This document shows positions 10,924-20,183 of a DNA stretch of 64,000 nt, piece by piece; positions within the stretch are counted from its first letter, which is position 1; each line of letters starts with the position of its first letter. The translations under genes were made by a program, and so were the position numbers. This DNA is from Alphaproteobacteria bacterium (lineage in GTDB: Bacteria; Pseudomonadota; Alphaproteobacteria; MPNO01). The DNA is taken from the NCBI GenBank assembly GCA_964291675.2, contig OZ219866.1, positions 2,432,001 to 2,496,000 of the forward strand, written 5' to 3'. The notes beneath the pieces are model-generated. The model had not been told where the DNA came from, did no database searches, and saw only the letters and a list, made by a program, of their open reading frames with translations.

Positions 10924-12189
10924 TCAGGCCGCGGCGCAGCGCAGCGGCAGCGCCTCCAGGCCGCGCAGCACGATGGTCCGGCGGAAGCGCGGGCGGTAGG
11001 TGGCGAGCCCGACCGTCGCGAACCGCTCGAGCAGCATCTCCAGCGCGATCCGTCCTTCGAGGCGCGCCAGCGGCGCGCCGAGGCAGTGGTGGATTCCCCG
11101 GCCGAAAGACAAATGGGGTCCCTGGTCGCGCCCGACATCGAGGCGGTCGGGGTCGTCGAACGCCGCCGGGTCCCGGTTGGCCGCGCCCAGCAGGACGACC
11201 ACGTTGTCGCGCTTGCGCACCGGGAACCCGTTCACCTCGCAGTCTTCGAGCACGCGCCGGAAATCCGTCTGCACCGGCGAATCGAAGCGCAGCAGCTCCT
11301 CCACCGCGGACGGGATCAGCGCCGGATCGTCCCGCAGCCGCTGGAGCTGCTCGGGGTTGCGCAGCAGGGCGAGGATCCCGTTGCCGATGAGGTTGGCGGT
11401 GGTCTCGTTGCCGGCGATCAGCAGGAGCCGGAGCATGTTGAGGGTCTCGCGCTCGGTGAGGCGTTCGCCTTCGTCTTCCGCCTGCACCAGGGCGCTCAAT
11501 ATGTCGTCCCGCGGCTCCGCCCGGCGCGCCTCGACGATCGCCCGGAAATAGGCGTCGAACGCCCGCGAGGCCGCGCCTGCCGCCTCGCGCTCGCGCCGTC
11601 CGATGGTCGGTTCCAGCAGGCGCGCGCGCTGGGCCGACCAGGTCTTGAACTGCGCCCTGTCTTCCGGCGGCACGCCCAGCATCTCGGCGATCACGATCAC
11701 CGGCAGGGGCTGGGCCACCGCCTGCATCAGGTCGAACCCGGCGGGGTCGTCGATATCGTCCAGCAGCCCGCCCATGATGCCGCGGATCTTGGGCTCCAGC
11801 GCGTTGACCGTCCGCGGGGTGAAGGCCTTGTTCACCAGCGCCCGCAGCCTTGTGTGGTCCGGCGGGTCGAGGAACAGCATGGTGAACTCGTCGGGCGGCG
11901 GCAGCATCGCCATCTGCCGCGGCGACAGCGTGCCCTGGCGCGGGTCGTTGCCGAAATGCCGGTGGTCGCGCATGATCGCGTCCACGTCGCCGTGGCGGGT
12001 GAACATCCAGGCGTTGAGCAACCGGCTGCGATGAACCTGTCCGCGGGCGCGCAGCTCGGCATAGAACGGGTAAGGATCCTGCGCCATCCGGGCGGAGAAC
12101 GGGTTGTAGGCCACCCCGTCCCGCCAGCGCTCGCGCAGCAGCACGGTGCCGACGACCGCCGAACGCATTGCCTCGCCCAGTGACGCCAT
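10924..12189 (-). CDS. Cytochrome P450
   Basis: I-helix AGNETT, K-helix EELLR, heme motif FGRGIHHCLG, DPPDHTRLR. Confidence 0.95.
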   Translation of the reverse strand: MASLGEAMRSAVVGTVLLRERWRDGVAYNPFSARMAQDPYPFYAELRARGQVHRSRLLNAWMFTRHGDVDAIMRDHRHFGNDPRQGTLSPRQMAMLPPPDEFTMLFLDPPDHTRLRALVNKAFTPRTVNALEPKIRGIMGGLLDDIDDPAGFDLMQAVAQPLPVIVIAEMLGVPPEDRAQFKTWSAQRARLLEPTIGRREREAAGAASRAFDAYFRAIVEARRAEPRDDILSALVQAEDEGERLTERETLNMLRLLLIAGNETTANLIGNGILALLRNPEQLQRLRDDPALIPSAVEELLRFDSPVQTDFRRVLEDCEVNGFPVRKRDNVVVLLGAANRDPAAFDDPDRLDVGRDQGPHLSFGRGIHHCLGAPLARLEGRIALEMLLERFATVGLATYRPRFRRTIVLRGLEALPLRCAAA

Positions 12190-12325
12190 CTTCGCCTCCG
12201 TGGCCCTTCCCGGCGACCTGTCAGGCCATATCGCCGCGTTGTTGCCCGCGATGCCGCCCGGTATAGTCCGCCGCGAATCGTCAGTCGAGCGCTGACACGA
12301 AGAACGTCGAGGGAGAGCGCGTCAA

Positions 12326-13360
12326 ATGAAGAACCGCACACTCGCAGCCGCCGGAATCGCAACGCTCATGCCGCTCCTCGCGGTCAACGCCGAGGCCGCC
12401 GAACGCTGGACCTGCAACATCTTTACCGGGCCCAAGCACTTCATCAACAAGGCGCTGAAGCCCTGGGGCAAGCAGGTCCGCGAGGTCACCGAGGGAGAGG
12501 TCAGGATCAACTTCCTGCCGACCAGCGCCGCGCCGCCGCCCAAGCAGATCGACGGCATCGTCGCCGGCACCTACGATTGCGCCTTCATCTTCCACGCCTT
12601 TACCGCCAAGCGCGCCATCGGGCCGCAATTCGGCATTCTTCCGTTCATCAGCCGGGCCAACGCGGAGCGCGGTTCGGTCGCCTTCTGGCGCACCTGGAAC
12701 AAGCATTTCGGCCCGAAGAAGGAGTTCGAGGACGACGGCATCAAGGTCCTCTCCATGTACCACTTCCCCGGGGTCCATTTCTGGACGTCGAAGGACAAGC
12801 CGATCGCCTCGATCGACGACCTGAAGAGCCAGAAGATGTGGGCGCTCGCCGGCACCTCCTCGCGCACCATGAAGGCGGCCGGCGTCGCCCACGTGTCCGG
12901 CCCCGCCGCCCGGCTGGCCGAGTTCACCCAGACCAAGGTCGTCCAGGGTCTCGCCGGCATCACCCGGGGCGGCATCGTCAACTTCGCCGGCATCCAGTTC
13001 GCCAAGTCCGGGACCTTCACGAGCAAGACCATGATGGCGCCGTCCTTCGCGTGGATGGTGAGCAAGAAGCGCTGGGACGCGCTGTCGCCCGCCCAGCAGA
13101 AGGCGATCATGTCGGTCTCCGGCGAGAAGCTCGCCCGCGCCGTGGGCGTCGAGGCGGACAAGTTCGAGGACGTCGCCGCCAGGAAGCTGGCCAAGGCCGG
13201 GGTGGTCGAGGTCAAGGCGAGCGCGCAGTTCGAGGCCGCGCTTCAGAAGGCCGCGCAGCCGCAGATCGGCGCATGGCTCAAGCGGGCCGCGACGATCGGC
13301 GTGGACGGCGCCCAGGTGCTCGCCGATTTCGACAAGATCGTCGGCGATCTGGGCTCGTAG
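12326..13360 (+). CDS. dctP: TRAP transporter substrate-binding protein DctP
   Basis: Signal peptide, TEGEVRI, ASIDDLK, SKKRWDALSPAQQKAI; followed by dctQ and dctM. Confidence 0.88.
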   Translation: MKNRTLAAAGIATLMPLLAVNAEAAERWTCNIFTGPKHFINKALKPWGKQVREVTEGEVRINFLPTSAAPPPKQIDGIVAGTYDCAFIFHAFTAKRAIGPQFGILPFISRANAERGSVAFWRTWNKHFGPKKEFEDDGIKVLSMYHFPGVHFWTSKDKPIASIDDLKSQKMWALAGTSSRTMKAAGVAHVSGPAARLAEFTQTKVVQGLAGITRGGIVNFAGIQFAKSGTFTSKTMMAPSFAWMVSKKRWDALSPAQQKAIMSVSGEKLARAVGVEADKFEDVAARKLAKAGVVEVKASAQFEAALQKAAQPQIGAWLKRAATIGVDGAQVLADFDKIVGDLGS

Positions 13361-13405
13361 CCCGCCCGGGACCGATCCCCGCCCGGCTTCGCGCGGGCAT
13401 CCGGC

Positions 13406-13948
13406 ATGATCCGGCTGACCGATCGCATACACACCATCGCCAAGTGGCTGGCGGCGCTCGCGCTGCTGACCATGATGGCGCTCACGTTTACCGACGTGAA
13501 CCTGCGCTACTGGCTGGGCCAGCCGATCCTCGGCAGCAACGAGATGACCGAGTTCCTGCTGGGGGCGGTGGTGTTCAGCGGGCTGGTCATCGTCACCGGC
13601 GAGCGGTCGCATATCGTCGTCACCCTGTTCGAGCGGCTGCTGATGCGCCGGATCCCCGGCACCTATCGCTGGCTCGGCATCGGCGCCAACCTGGCCGGCA
13701 TCGTCGCCGTCACCTACCTGATCGCCAACTACACCGTGTTCATGCACGGCCAGGGCAACGAGACCGAGATCCGCCACTGGCAGTGGTGGTGGCTGGGCAC
13801 GCTGATGTCGATCCTCTCCGCCCTCGCGATCCTGATGGCGGTCCGCGCCGTGCGCTCGCCGCTCAAGGGGTTCGAGATGGAGGAGACCGGGCGCGGCGAT
13901 GACGGCGGCGGTTCGGACCGGAGCCTGCCGCCGAGAGATCCGATCTGA
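13406..13948 (+). CDS. dctQ: TRAP transporter small permease DctQ
   Basis: Four hydrophobic segments; DVNLRYWLGQPILGSNE and SHIVV motifs. Confidence 0.87.
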   Translation: MIRLTDRIHTIAKWLAALALLTMMALTFTDVNLRYWLGQPILGSNEMTEFLLGAVVFSGLVIVTGERSHIVVTLFERLLMRRIPGTYRWLGIGANLAGIVAVTYLIANYTVFMHGQGNETEIRHWQWWWLGTLMSILSALAILMAVRAVRSPLKGFEMEETGRGDDGGGSDRSLPPRDPI

Positions 13949-15276
13949 TGGAAATCTCCATCGCCGCGTTCGTCGTGATCCTCGCGCTCAGCTTCGTCGG
14001 CATCCCGCTCGCCTACGCGACGCTCGCCGTCGGCTTCGTCGGGTTCTGGATCGTCCGTGGCGACATCTCGGGCGCGATCGTGCTGTCGGGGCAGGAGATC
14101 TTCGACTTCTCCACCCTGTTCGGGCTGTCGGTGGTGCCGCTCTTCATTCTGATGGGGACGCTGATCCAGCGCGCCAACATCTCGGACGAGCTGTACGAGG
14201 CGGGCTACGCCTGGGTCGGCAGGTACAAGGGCGGGCTGGCGATGGCCACCGTGCTCTCCTGCGCCGGGTTCTCCGCGGTCAGCGGCAGCTCGCTCGCCAC
14301 CGCCGCGACCATGGCGCGGGTCGCCATGCCGCCGATGCGCCGCTACCGCTACGAGGACTCGCTGGCTTCCGGGACGCTCGCCGCCGGCGGCACGCTCGGC
14401 ATCATGATCCCGCCCAGCGTGCCGATGATCATCTACGGCATCGTGACCGAGACCAATATCGGCTTCCTGTTCATCGCCGGGATCGTCCCGGGCCTGCTGC
14501 TCACATTGTCCTATCTCGGCGCGGTCCGCGTCCGGGTGATGATGAACCCGAAGCTCGGACCGCCCGGGGAGCCGGTCGACCGGCGCGAGAAATGGCGCAC
14601 GCTCTACAAGATCTGGCCCATCCTGGTGCTGTTCTTCCTGGTGCTGGGCGGCATCTATCTCAGCGTGTTCACCCCGACCGAGGCGGGCGCCGTGGGCTGC
14701 GTCGGCGCGTTCGCCTTCGCGCTCTCGCGCGGGCGCATGTGGAGCGTTCGCGAGATCGTCGAGGTCGCCGCCGACGCGGCGGTGATCTCAGCGCGCATCT
14801 TCATCATCGGCGGGGCGGCGCTGATCTTCGGACAGTTCCTCAACTTCGCCGGCCTGTCCGGCGCGCTGGTCGAATTCACCGACAGCTTCGATCTCGGCCC
14901 GATCACCCTGCCGCTGGTGATCTGCGCCATCTGCGTCGTCCTCGGCATGATCTTCGAGAGCATCGGCATCCTGTTGCTGATCGTCCCGGTCTTCCTGCCC
15001 TCGCTCGAGACGGTGGCGGGCGATGCCGCCATCGACCCCGATTTCTATCTCGTCTGGTTCGGGATCGTCGTGATCATCGTCGTCGAGCTCGGGCTGATCA
15101 CGCCGCCCATCGGGATCAACGTGTTCACCGTGAAATCGGTCATTCCGGATGTCGAGCTGACCAGGATCTTCGCCGGCGTGGTGGCGTTCGTGATGGCCGA
15201 CCTGGCGGTGCTGGCCCTGATCTTCCTGATACCGGGGCTCGCGATATTCCTGCCCTCGGTGATGCCGTCGTTCTGA
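13948..15276 (+). CDS. dctM: TRAP transporter large permease DctM
   Basis: SGSSLATAA, GGTLGIMIPPS, FTPTEA, GLITPPIG. Confidence 0.92.
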   Translation: MEISIAAFVVILALSFVGIPLAYATLAVGFVGFWIVRGDISGAIVLSGQEIFDFSTLFGLSVVPLFILMGTLIQRANISDELYEAGYAWVGRYKGGLAMATVLSCAGFSAVSGSSLATAATMARVAMPPMRRYRYEDSLASGTLAAGGTLGIMIPPSVPMIIYGIVTETNIGFLFIAGIVPGLLLTLSYLGAVRVRVMMNPKLGPPGEPVDRREKWRTLYKIWPILVLFFLVLGGIYLSVFTPTEAGAVGCVGAFAFALSRGRMWSVREIVEVAADAAVISARIFIIGGAALIFGQFLNFAGLSGALVEFTDSFDLGPITLPLVICAICVVLGMIFESIGILLLIVPVFLPSLETVAGDAAIDPDFYLVWFGIVVIIVVELGLITPPIGINVFTVKSVIPDVELTRIFAGVVAFVMADLAVLALIFLIPGLAIFLPSVMPSF

Positions 15277-15282
15277 TCCGCC

Positions 15283-15621
15283 CTACAGATAGACCGGGCG
15301 CAGCTCCGCCGCCATCTTCGCCAGCCCCGGCGGCGCCACGATCGCCCCGTCGCGGACGATCCGCTCTCCCTCGATCCACAGCGACTGCATCGAGATCACG
15401 CAGTCGGGGTGGTTCTCGCCGCCGCCCGGGACCCAGAACGGCAGCCCCAGCCCGATCGCGTTGTAGCCCGCCACGCGCTGGTCCTCGATGAAGCACTTGC
15501 CGGTATAGCGCGCCGCCGGGTGAAAGCCGCAGGTGAAGTGGACGACGTAGCCGAACTCGCCGTTGCCGGCGCGCGCCAGCGCGCGGCGCATGACCTTGTT
15601 CTCCGGCCCGCCGCCGGTCAC
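15283..15621 (-). pseudogene. C-terminal half of an M29 aminopeptidase / NicX-fold metalloenzyme gene
   Basis: VVHFTCGFHPAA..FIEDQR..IGLG..ENHPD..LWIEGERIVRDG resembles the C-terminus of this fold. No credible start; the matching N-terminal half is at 17368-17600. Confidence 0.65.
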
Positions 15622-15716
15622 CTGCGAGCCTCCGGGCGCCAGTCCATGGCAATGACGCGCGTCGTTGCCCGCCTGTCAAAAAAGCGTAACCGCCGTGTGA
15701 GACCTTCCCGGCGGCC

Positions 15717-16217
15717 ATGGTGGACGGCAAGACTTTCAACGTGCTCTTCCTCTGCACCGGCAATTCGGCGCGGAGCATCCTCGCGGAGGCGATCCTGGCA
15801 CGCGAGAGGATGGGGCGGTTCAGGGCGTTCAGCGCGGGCAGCCAGCCGGCCGGGCGGGTCAACCCGCACGCCCTCGCCCTCCTGCGCAAGCTCAACCATG
15901 ACGTATCCGGGTGCCGCTCCAAGGGCTGGGCCGAGTTCGCCCGGGACGGCGCGCCCGGGATGGACTTCGTCTTCACGGTCTGCGACAACGCCGCCAACGA
16001 GGTGTGCCCGGTCTGGCCCGGACAGCCGATGTCGGCGCATTGGGGCGTTCCCGACCCCGCGGCCGCGACCGGCACCCAGTCCGAGGTCGCCGCCGCGTTT
16101 GCCGATTCCTACCGCATGCTGACCGACAGGATTTCGATCTTTGTCAATCTGCCGATCGCCTCGCTCGACAGGCTCGCGCTCCAGGAGCGTCTCGACGATA
16201 TCGGCAGGACGGGCTGA
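15717..16217 (+). CDS. arsC: Arsenate reductase, LMW-PTP (thioredoxin-type) family
   Basis: NVLFLCTGNSARSILAE, FSAGSQP, TVCDNAANEVCPVWPG, HWGVPDP. Confidence 0.92.
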   Translation: MVDGKTFNVLFLCTGNSARSILAEAILARERMGRFRAFSAGSQPAGRVNPHALALLRKLNHDVSGCRSKGWAEFARDGAPGMDFVFTVCDNAANEVCPVWPGQPMSAHWGVPDPAAATGTQSEVAAAFADSYRMLTDRISIFVNLPIASLDRLALQERLDDIGRTG

Positions 16218-16232
16218 CCGCGGCGCGCGCAA

Positions 16233-16895
16233 GTGACGTTTTCCTTCGTCCGGAAACTGGCGGCCGAGGCGCTCGGGACCGGCTTCCTGCTGGCGACCGT
16301 GGTGGGCTCGGGGATCATGGCGGAGACCCTCGCCGGCGGGAACGTGGCGCTCGCGCTCCTGGGCAACACGATCGCGACCGGCGCAATCCTGGCCGTGCTG
16401 ATCCTGATCTTCGGGCCGGTCTCGGGCGCCCATTTCAACCCGGCGGTCACGCTCGCCTTCCTGATCCGGCGCGAGATCGGGGCGCGCGACGCGGCGGTCT
16501 ATGTCGCGGTCCAGATCGCGGCCGGGCTGGCCGGCGTGCTGGTCGCGCATCTGATGTTCGGCGAGCCCGCCTTCGCCGCCTCCGTGAAGGCCCGCACCGG
16601 CATCGGGCAATGGACCGGCGAGTTCGTCGCGACCTTCGGGCTGGTGGCGACGATCCTGGGGACGGTCCGGTTCCGCCCGGACGCAACGCCCTACGCCGTC
16701 GGGCTGTTCATCACGGCGGGGTACTGGTTCACCTCGTCGACCTCCTTCGCCAACCCGGCGGTCACCATCGCGCGCAGCCTGACCGACACCTTCTCCGGCA
16801 TCATGCCGGCGCACGCGCCGGGTTTCGTCGTGGCCCAGCTCGCGGGCGCCGCCGCCGCCGCGCTGGTCTTCCGCTGGCTGCTCAGGGAGGGTTGA
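16233..16895 (+). CDS. MIP/aquaporin family channel, probable arsenite channel (AqpS-like)
   Basis: Two NPA boxes (SGAHFNPAV, SFANPAV); directly downstream of arsC. Confidence 0.88.
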   Translation: MTFSFVRKLAAEALGTGFLLATVVGSGIMAETLAGGNVALALLGNTIATGAILAVLILIFGPVSGAHFNPAVTLAFLIRREIGARDAAVYVAVQIAAGLAGVLVAHLMFGEPAFAASVKARTGIGQWTGEFVATFGLVATILGTVRFRPDATPYAVGLFITAGYWFTSSTSFANPAVTIARSLTDTFSGIMPAHAPGFVVAQLAGAAAAALVFRWLLREG

Positions 16896-16906
16896 GGGGC
16901 GCCCAG

Positions 16907-17100
16907 TCAGGCGGCGCGGCAAGGGTCGTCAGGCCGGCGGTGACGAACAGGATCGCAAGGCCTGAGACCTTGGCCAGCAGGGCGAGCCCGTAGCCGGTCC
17001 CGACCAGAGCCGCGAAATCGCCCGCGAGGCGCCACGCCATCACGATCCCCGCCGCGATCGGGAGCGCCACCGCGACGCAAGCGATCCGCCCGAAGCGCCG
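16907..17100 (-). pseudogene. CopD-like copper resistance membrane protein fragment
   Basis: RFGRIACVAVAL..AG..WRLAG....LVGTGYGLALLAK..LAILFVTAGLTTL..PP resembles a CopD C-terminus with an internal deletion; no start. Confidence 0.5.
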
Positions 17101-17101
17101 G

Positions 17102-17365
17102 CTCGATGCCACCGCGCGCGGCTTCGACGCGCGCTGCATCGTCACCTCGCTCACCGGCGAGCCCCGCCATCTCAACGAAGGGGTGTATTGCGCCCGCGGC
17201 CAGGCCGAGAACCCGATCAAGCAGCACAAGGCCCAGCTCGCCTCCGACCGCACCTCCTGCCAGAGCCCGACCGCCAACCGGTTCCGCCTCGTCCTGCACA
17301 CCGCCGCCTGCCGGCCGATGCTCGCGCTCCGCGATACCGTGCCGCGCGAACCCGAGCTCGTTCGA
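17102..17365 (+). mobile_element. IS1380-family transposase remnant
   Basis: RCIVTSL...LNEGVYCARGQAENPIKQHKAQLASDRTSC..TANRFRLVLHTAA matches the IS1380 YxxRGxAENxIK..DRTSC motif; only a short internal piece remains. Confidence 0.8.
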
Positions 17366-17367
17366 CC

Positions 17368-17600
17368 CTCGCCGCCTTGACGGGGTCGGGCAAATACGCG
17401 TCGGCCGGCCCGCCCTGGAAGGGCACCGGAGGCGCCAGCACGATCGAGGCGACCCTGGCGCCGAGCCGGTAGGCGGCGTCCTGGACCGCCTGGACGGCGA
17501 GGGGATCGGCGCCGGTATCGGCGGTGACGAGGACGCCTTCGCCGTCGGCGATGCACATCATGTCGCGCGCCAGCCTGGGTCCGATCCCGGCCTGCGTCAT
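17368..17600 (-). pseudogene. N-terminal part of the same M29/NicX-fold gene
   Basis: DMMCIADGEGVLVTADTGAD..AV..AAYRLGA..PFQGGPADAYLPDPVKAA, which then runs into the IS1380 remnant. Confidence 0.6.
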
Positions 17601-17674
17601 GGCTCATACCCCCGGTTCGGACTCCACTATGGCCGATCGCCCGCGCTCCGGTCGCTGCCGGAGCGCCGAGGCGG

Positions 17675-19291
17675 TCACCCGCGCGCGTCCTCCAGCATCA
17701 TCGCCGCGCCCTTCTCGGCGATCATGACGGTCGGGCTGTTGGTGTTGCCCGAGGTGATCGACGGCATGACCGAGGCGTCGATCACCCGCAGATTCGCCAT
17801 GCCGTGGAGCCTGAGCCGGTCGTCGACCACCGCCTCCGCGTCCCGGCCCATCCTACAGGTGCCGACGGGGTGGAAGATGGTCGTCCCGATATCGCCCGCC
17901 GCCCGGGCTAGCTCGTCATCCGATTGCCGCTCCGGCCCGGGCAGGACCTCCTCGGGGGCGTAGGGGCCGAGCGACGGCGCGGCGACGATTTTCCGGGTCA
18001 GCCGGATCGCTTCCACCGCCACCCGCCGGTCGCCCGGGGTCGAGAGGTAGTTGGGCGCGATCGCCGGCGGCTCCCTCGGGTCGGGCGATCTCAGGCGTAC
18101 CGTGCCCCGGCTCTCCGGCCGCAGATTGCACACCGAGGCGGTGAAGGCGGGGAAGCGGTGCAGCGGCTCGCCGAACCGGTCGAGCGAGAGCGGCTGGACG
18201 TGGTATTGCAGGTTCGCGGTCTCGCGCGAGGCGTCGGATCTGGCGAACACGCCGAGCTGGCTCGGCGCCATGGAGAGCGGGCCGCGCCGGAACAGCAGGT
18301 ATTGCAGCCCCATCCCGGCCTTGCCCCACAGGCTGTTGGCGAGCTGGTTGAGGGTCACGACATTGGCGACCCGGTAGATCAGCCGGAGCTGCAGATGGTC
18401 CTGGAGGTTGCCGCCGACGCCGGGCAGCTCGTGGCGCAGCTCCACGCCGTTGGCGCGCAGGAGCTCGCCCGGCCCGACGCCGGAGACCTGCAGGAGATGC
18501 GGCGATCCGATCGAGCCCGCCGCCAGCACCAGCTCGCCCGCCACCTCGACCCGGCTCTCCGTCCCCTTGAGCCAGAATTCGAGCCCGCTGGCCCGGTTTC
18601 CGTCGAACCGGATGCGCCTCGCCTGGGCGTGCACGAGCACCGTGAGGTTGGGACGGTTGCGCGCCGGCTTGAGGAAGGCGTCGACGGCGCTCCAGCGGGT
18701 GCCCCGGCGCTGGTTGACCGTGAACTTTCCGGTGCCCTCGTTGTCGCCGTCGTTGAAATCGGGCGTCGGCGCGATGCCGACGTCGTTGCAGGCGCGCTCG
18801 AAGGCATCCAGGATCTCCCAGCCCAGGCGCTGGCGCTCGACCCGCCACTCCCCGCCGGTGCCGTGAAACGCGCCGGCCGGGCCGAAATGATGCTCCGACT
18901 TCAGGAACCAGGGCAGCACGTCGTCCCAGCCCCAGCCGCGATTGCCCATCTGGGCCCAGAGATCGTAGTCGCGCGCCTGGCCGCGCATGTAGATCATGCC
19001 GTTGATCGACGAGCAGCCGCCGAGCACCCGGCCGCGCGCGTAGTTGAGCGCGCGCCCGTTCAGCCCGAGCTCGGGCTCGGTCCGAAAACACCAGTCGGTG
19101 CGCGGGTTGTTCTGGGTGTAGAGATAGCCGACCGGCACCTTGATCCAGAAATAGTCGTCCTTGCCGCCGGCCTCCAGCAGCAGCACCCGGTTGCGCCGGT
19201 CTTCCGACAGCCGGTTGGCCAGCACGCAGCCCGCCGGACCGGCGCCGACGATCACGTAGTCGAAGCTGCCGAGGCTGGCGGGCTCCGCCAT
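17675..19291 (-). CDS. GMC oxidoreductase (choline dehydrogenase-like)
   Basis: Start MAEPASLGSFDYVIVGAGPAG at 19291. GRVLGGCSSINGMIY, NLQDH, FHPVGTC, GNTNSPT. Confidence 0.93.
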   Translation of the reverse strand: MAEPASLGSFDYVIVGAGPAGCVLANRLSEDRRNRVLLLEAGGKDDYFWIKVPVGYLYTQNNPRTDWCFRTEPELGLNGRALNYARGRVLGGCSSINGMIYMRGQARDYDLWAQMGNRGWGWDDVLPWFLKSEHHFGPAGAFHGTGGEWRVERQRLGWEILDAFERACNDVGIAPTPDFNDGDNEGTGKFTVNQRRGTRWSAVDAFLKPARNRPNLTVLVHAQARRIRFDGNRASGLEFWLKGTESRVEVAGELVLAAGSIGSPHLLQVSGVGPGELLRANGVELRHELPGVGGNLQDHLQLRLIYRVANVVTLNQLANSLWGKAGMGLQYLLFRRGPLSMAPSQLGVFARSDASRETANLQYHVQPLSLDRFGEPLHRFPAFTASVCNLRPESRGTVRLRSPDPREPPAIAPNYLSTPGDRRVAVEAIRLTRKIVAAPSLGPYAPEEVLPGPERQSDDELARAAGDIGTTIFHPVGTCRMGRDAEAVVDDRLRLHGMANLRVIDASVMPSITSGNTNSPTVMIAEKGAAMMLEDARG

Positions 19292-19363
19292 GCGCTTCCT
19301 TCCCGAGCGTGACGAACGGACGGACCACTGTAAGGCGCATCCCGGCCGGATTGAACCGTCGCG

Positions 19364-19481
19364 CGCCCCTCGATACGGCGCTTCGCGCCTGCTCGGGATG
19401 AGGAGCAAGCACTGGCCCGCCGACCACGCACCCTCACCCTGAGTAGCCCCCGGAACAAGTCCGGGGGCGTATCGAAGGGCG
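19364..19481. repeat. Intergenic palindromic (REP/RIME-like) element, copy 2
   Basis: CCCTCGATACGGCGCTTCGCGCCT(G/A)CTCGGGATGAGG..CCTCA(C/T)CCTGAGTAGCCCCCG..GGGGGCGTATCGAAGG is shared with 5399-5507. Confidence 0.8.
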
Positions 19482-19525
19482 GGCGGCCGGGCTGTGCTAA
19501 CGTTGCATCGAAAGGGGAAACGGCG

Positions 19526-20179
19526 ATGCCGACGGTGGCGGTGATCGGCGCGAGCCGGGGAATCGGGCTCGGCCTGGCCGGGCTTTACGCGGGCGAAGGG
19601 TGGCGCGTGCACGCGACCACGCGCACGCCCGACAGCCCGGGAGCGCTCGGCAGGGTCGCGGGCGATGTGCATCTCCACGGGCTCGACGTGACGGATCGCG
19701 CGCAGCAGCGCACGTTTCGCGACGCGCTCCGGGACGAGGGCATCGACGTGCTGATCCACAACGCCGGCGTCTATGGCGACGGGATGAGTGCCGCCGCGGT
19801 CAACCGGGTCAACGCCGAGGCCCCGATCGAGATGGCCGAGCTGCTGATGGACGCGGTGCTGCGGAGCGGGCAGCGCAAGATCGCGCTGATCACCAGCACG
19901 ATGGGCGCGCGCCGGGGCTCCAGTCGAGGCCTCGGCAAGTACGGCGAGTCCAAGGCGGCGCTCAACGACCGGTTCCGCGAGCGCGAGGGGCGCTGGCGCG
20001 AGCAGGGCTGTCTCGCGGTCGTGATCCATCCCGGCTGGGTCCGCACCGACATGGGCGGGCGGCATGCCTCGATCTCGGTGGTCGAGAGCGCGCGCGGCAT
20101 CTGCGCCGTCATGGCCGGGCTCGACGACGCCGGGCATGGCCGCTTCTGGAACTGGGACGGGCGCGAGCACCCGTGGTAG
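19526..20179 (+). CDS. Short-chain dehydrogenase/reductase (CsgA/C-factor-like)
   Basis: IGASRGIG, HNAG, YGESKAALN (YxxxK), HPGWVRTDMGG. Confidence 0.9.
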   Translation: MPTVAVIGASRGIGLGLAGLYAGEGWRVHATTRTPDSPGALGRVAGDVHLHGLDVTDRAQQRTFRDALRDEGIDVLIHNAGVYGDGMSAAAVNRVNAEAPIEMAELLMDAVLRSGQRKIALITSTMGARRGSSRGLGKYGESKAALNDRFREREGRWREQGCLAVVIHPGWVRTDMGGRHASISVVESARGICAVMAGLDDAGHGRFWNWDGREHPW

Positions 20180-20183
20180 AGGC

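Noticed and set aside
5399-19481. Palindromic repeats as a CRISPR array or structured ncRNA/riboswitch
   Set aside because: They are dispersed copies, not a regularly spaced array; no cas genes are present and I recognised no riboswitch consensus.
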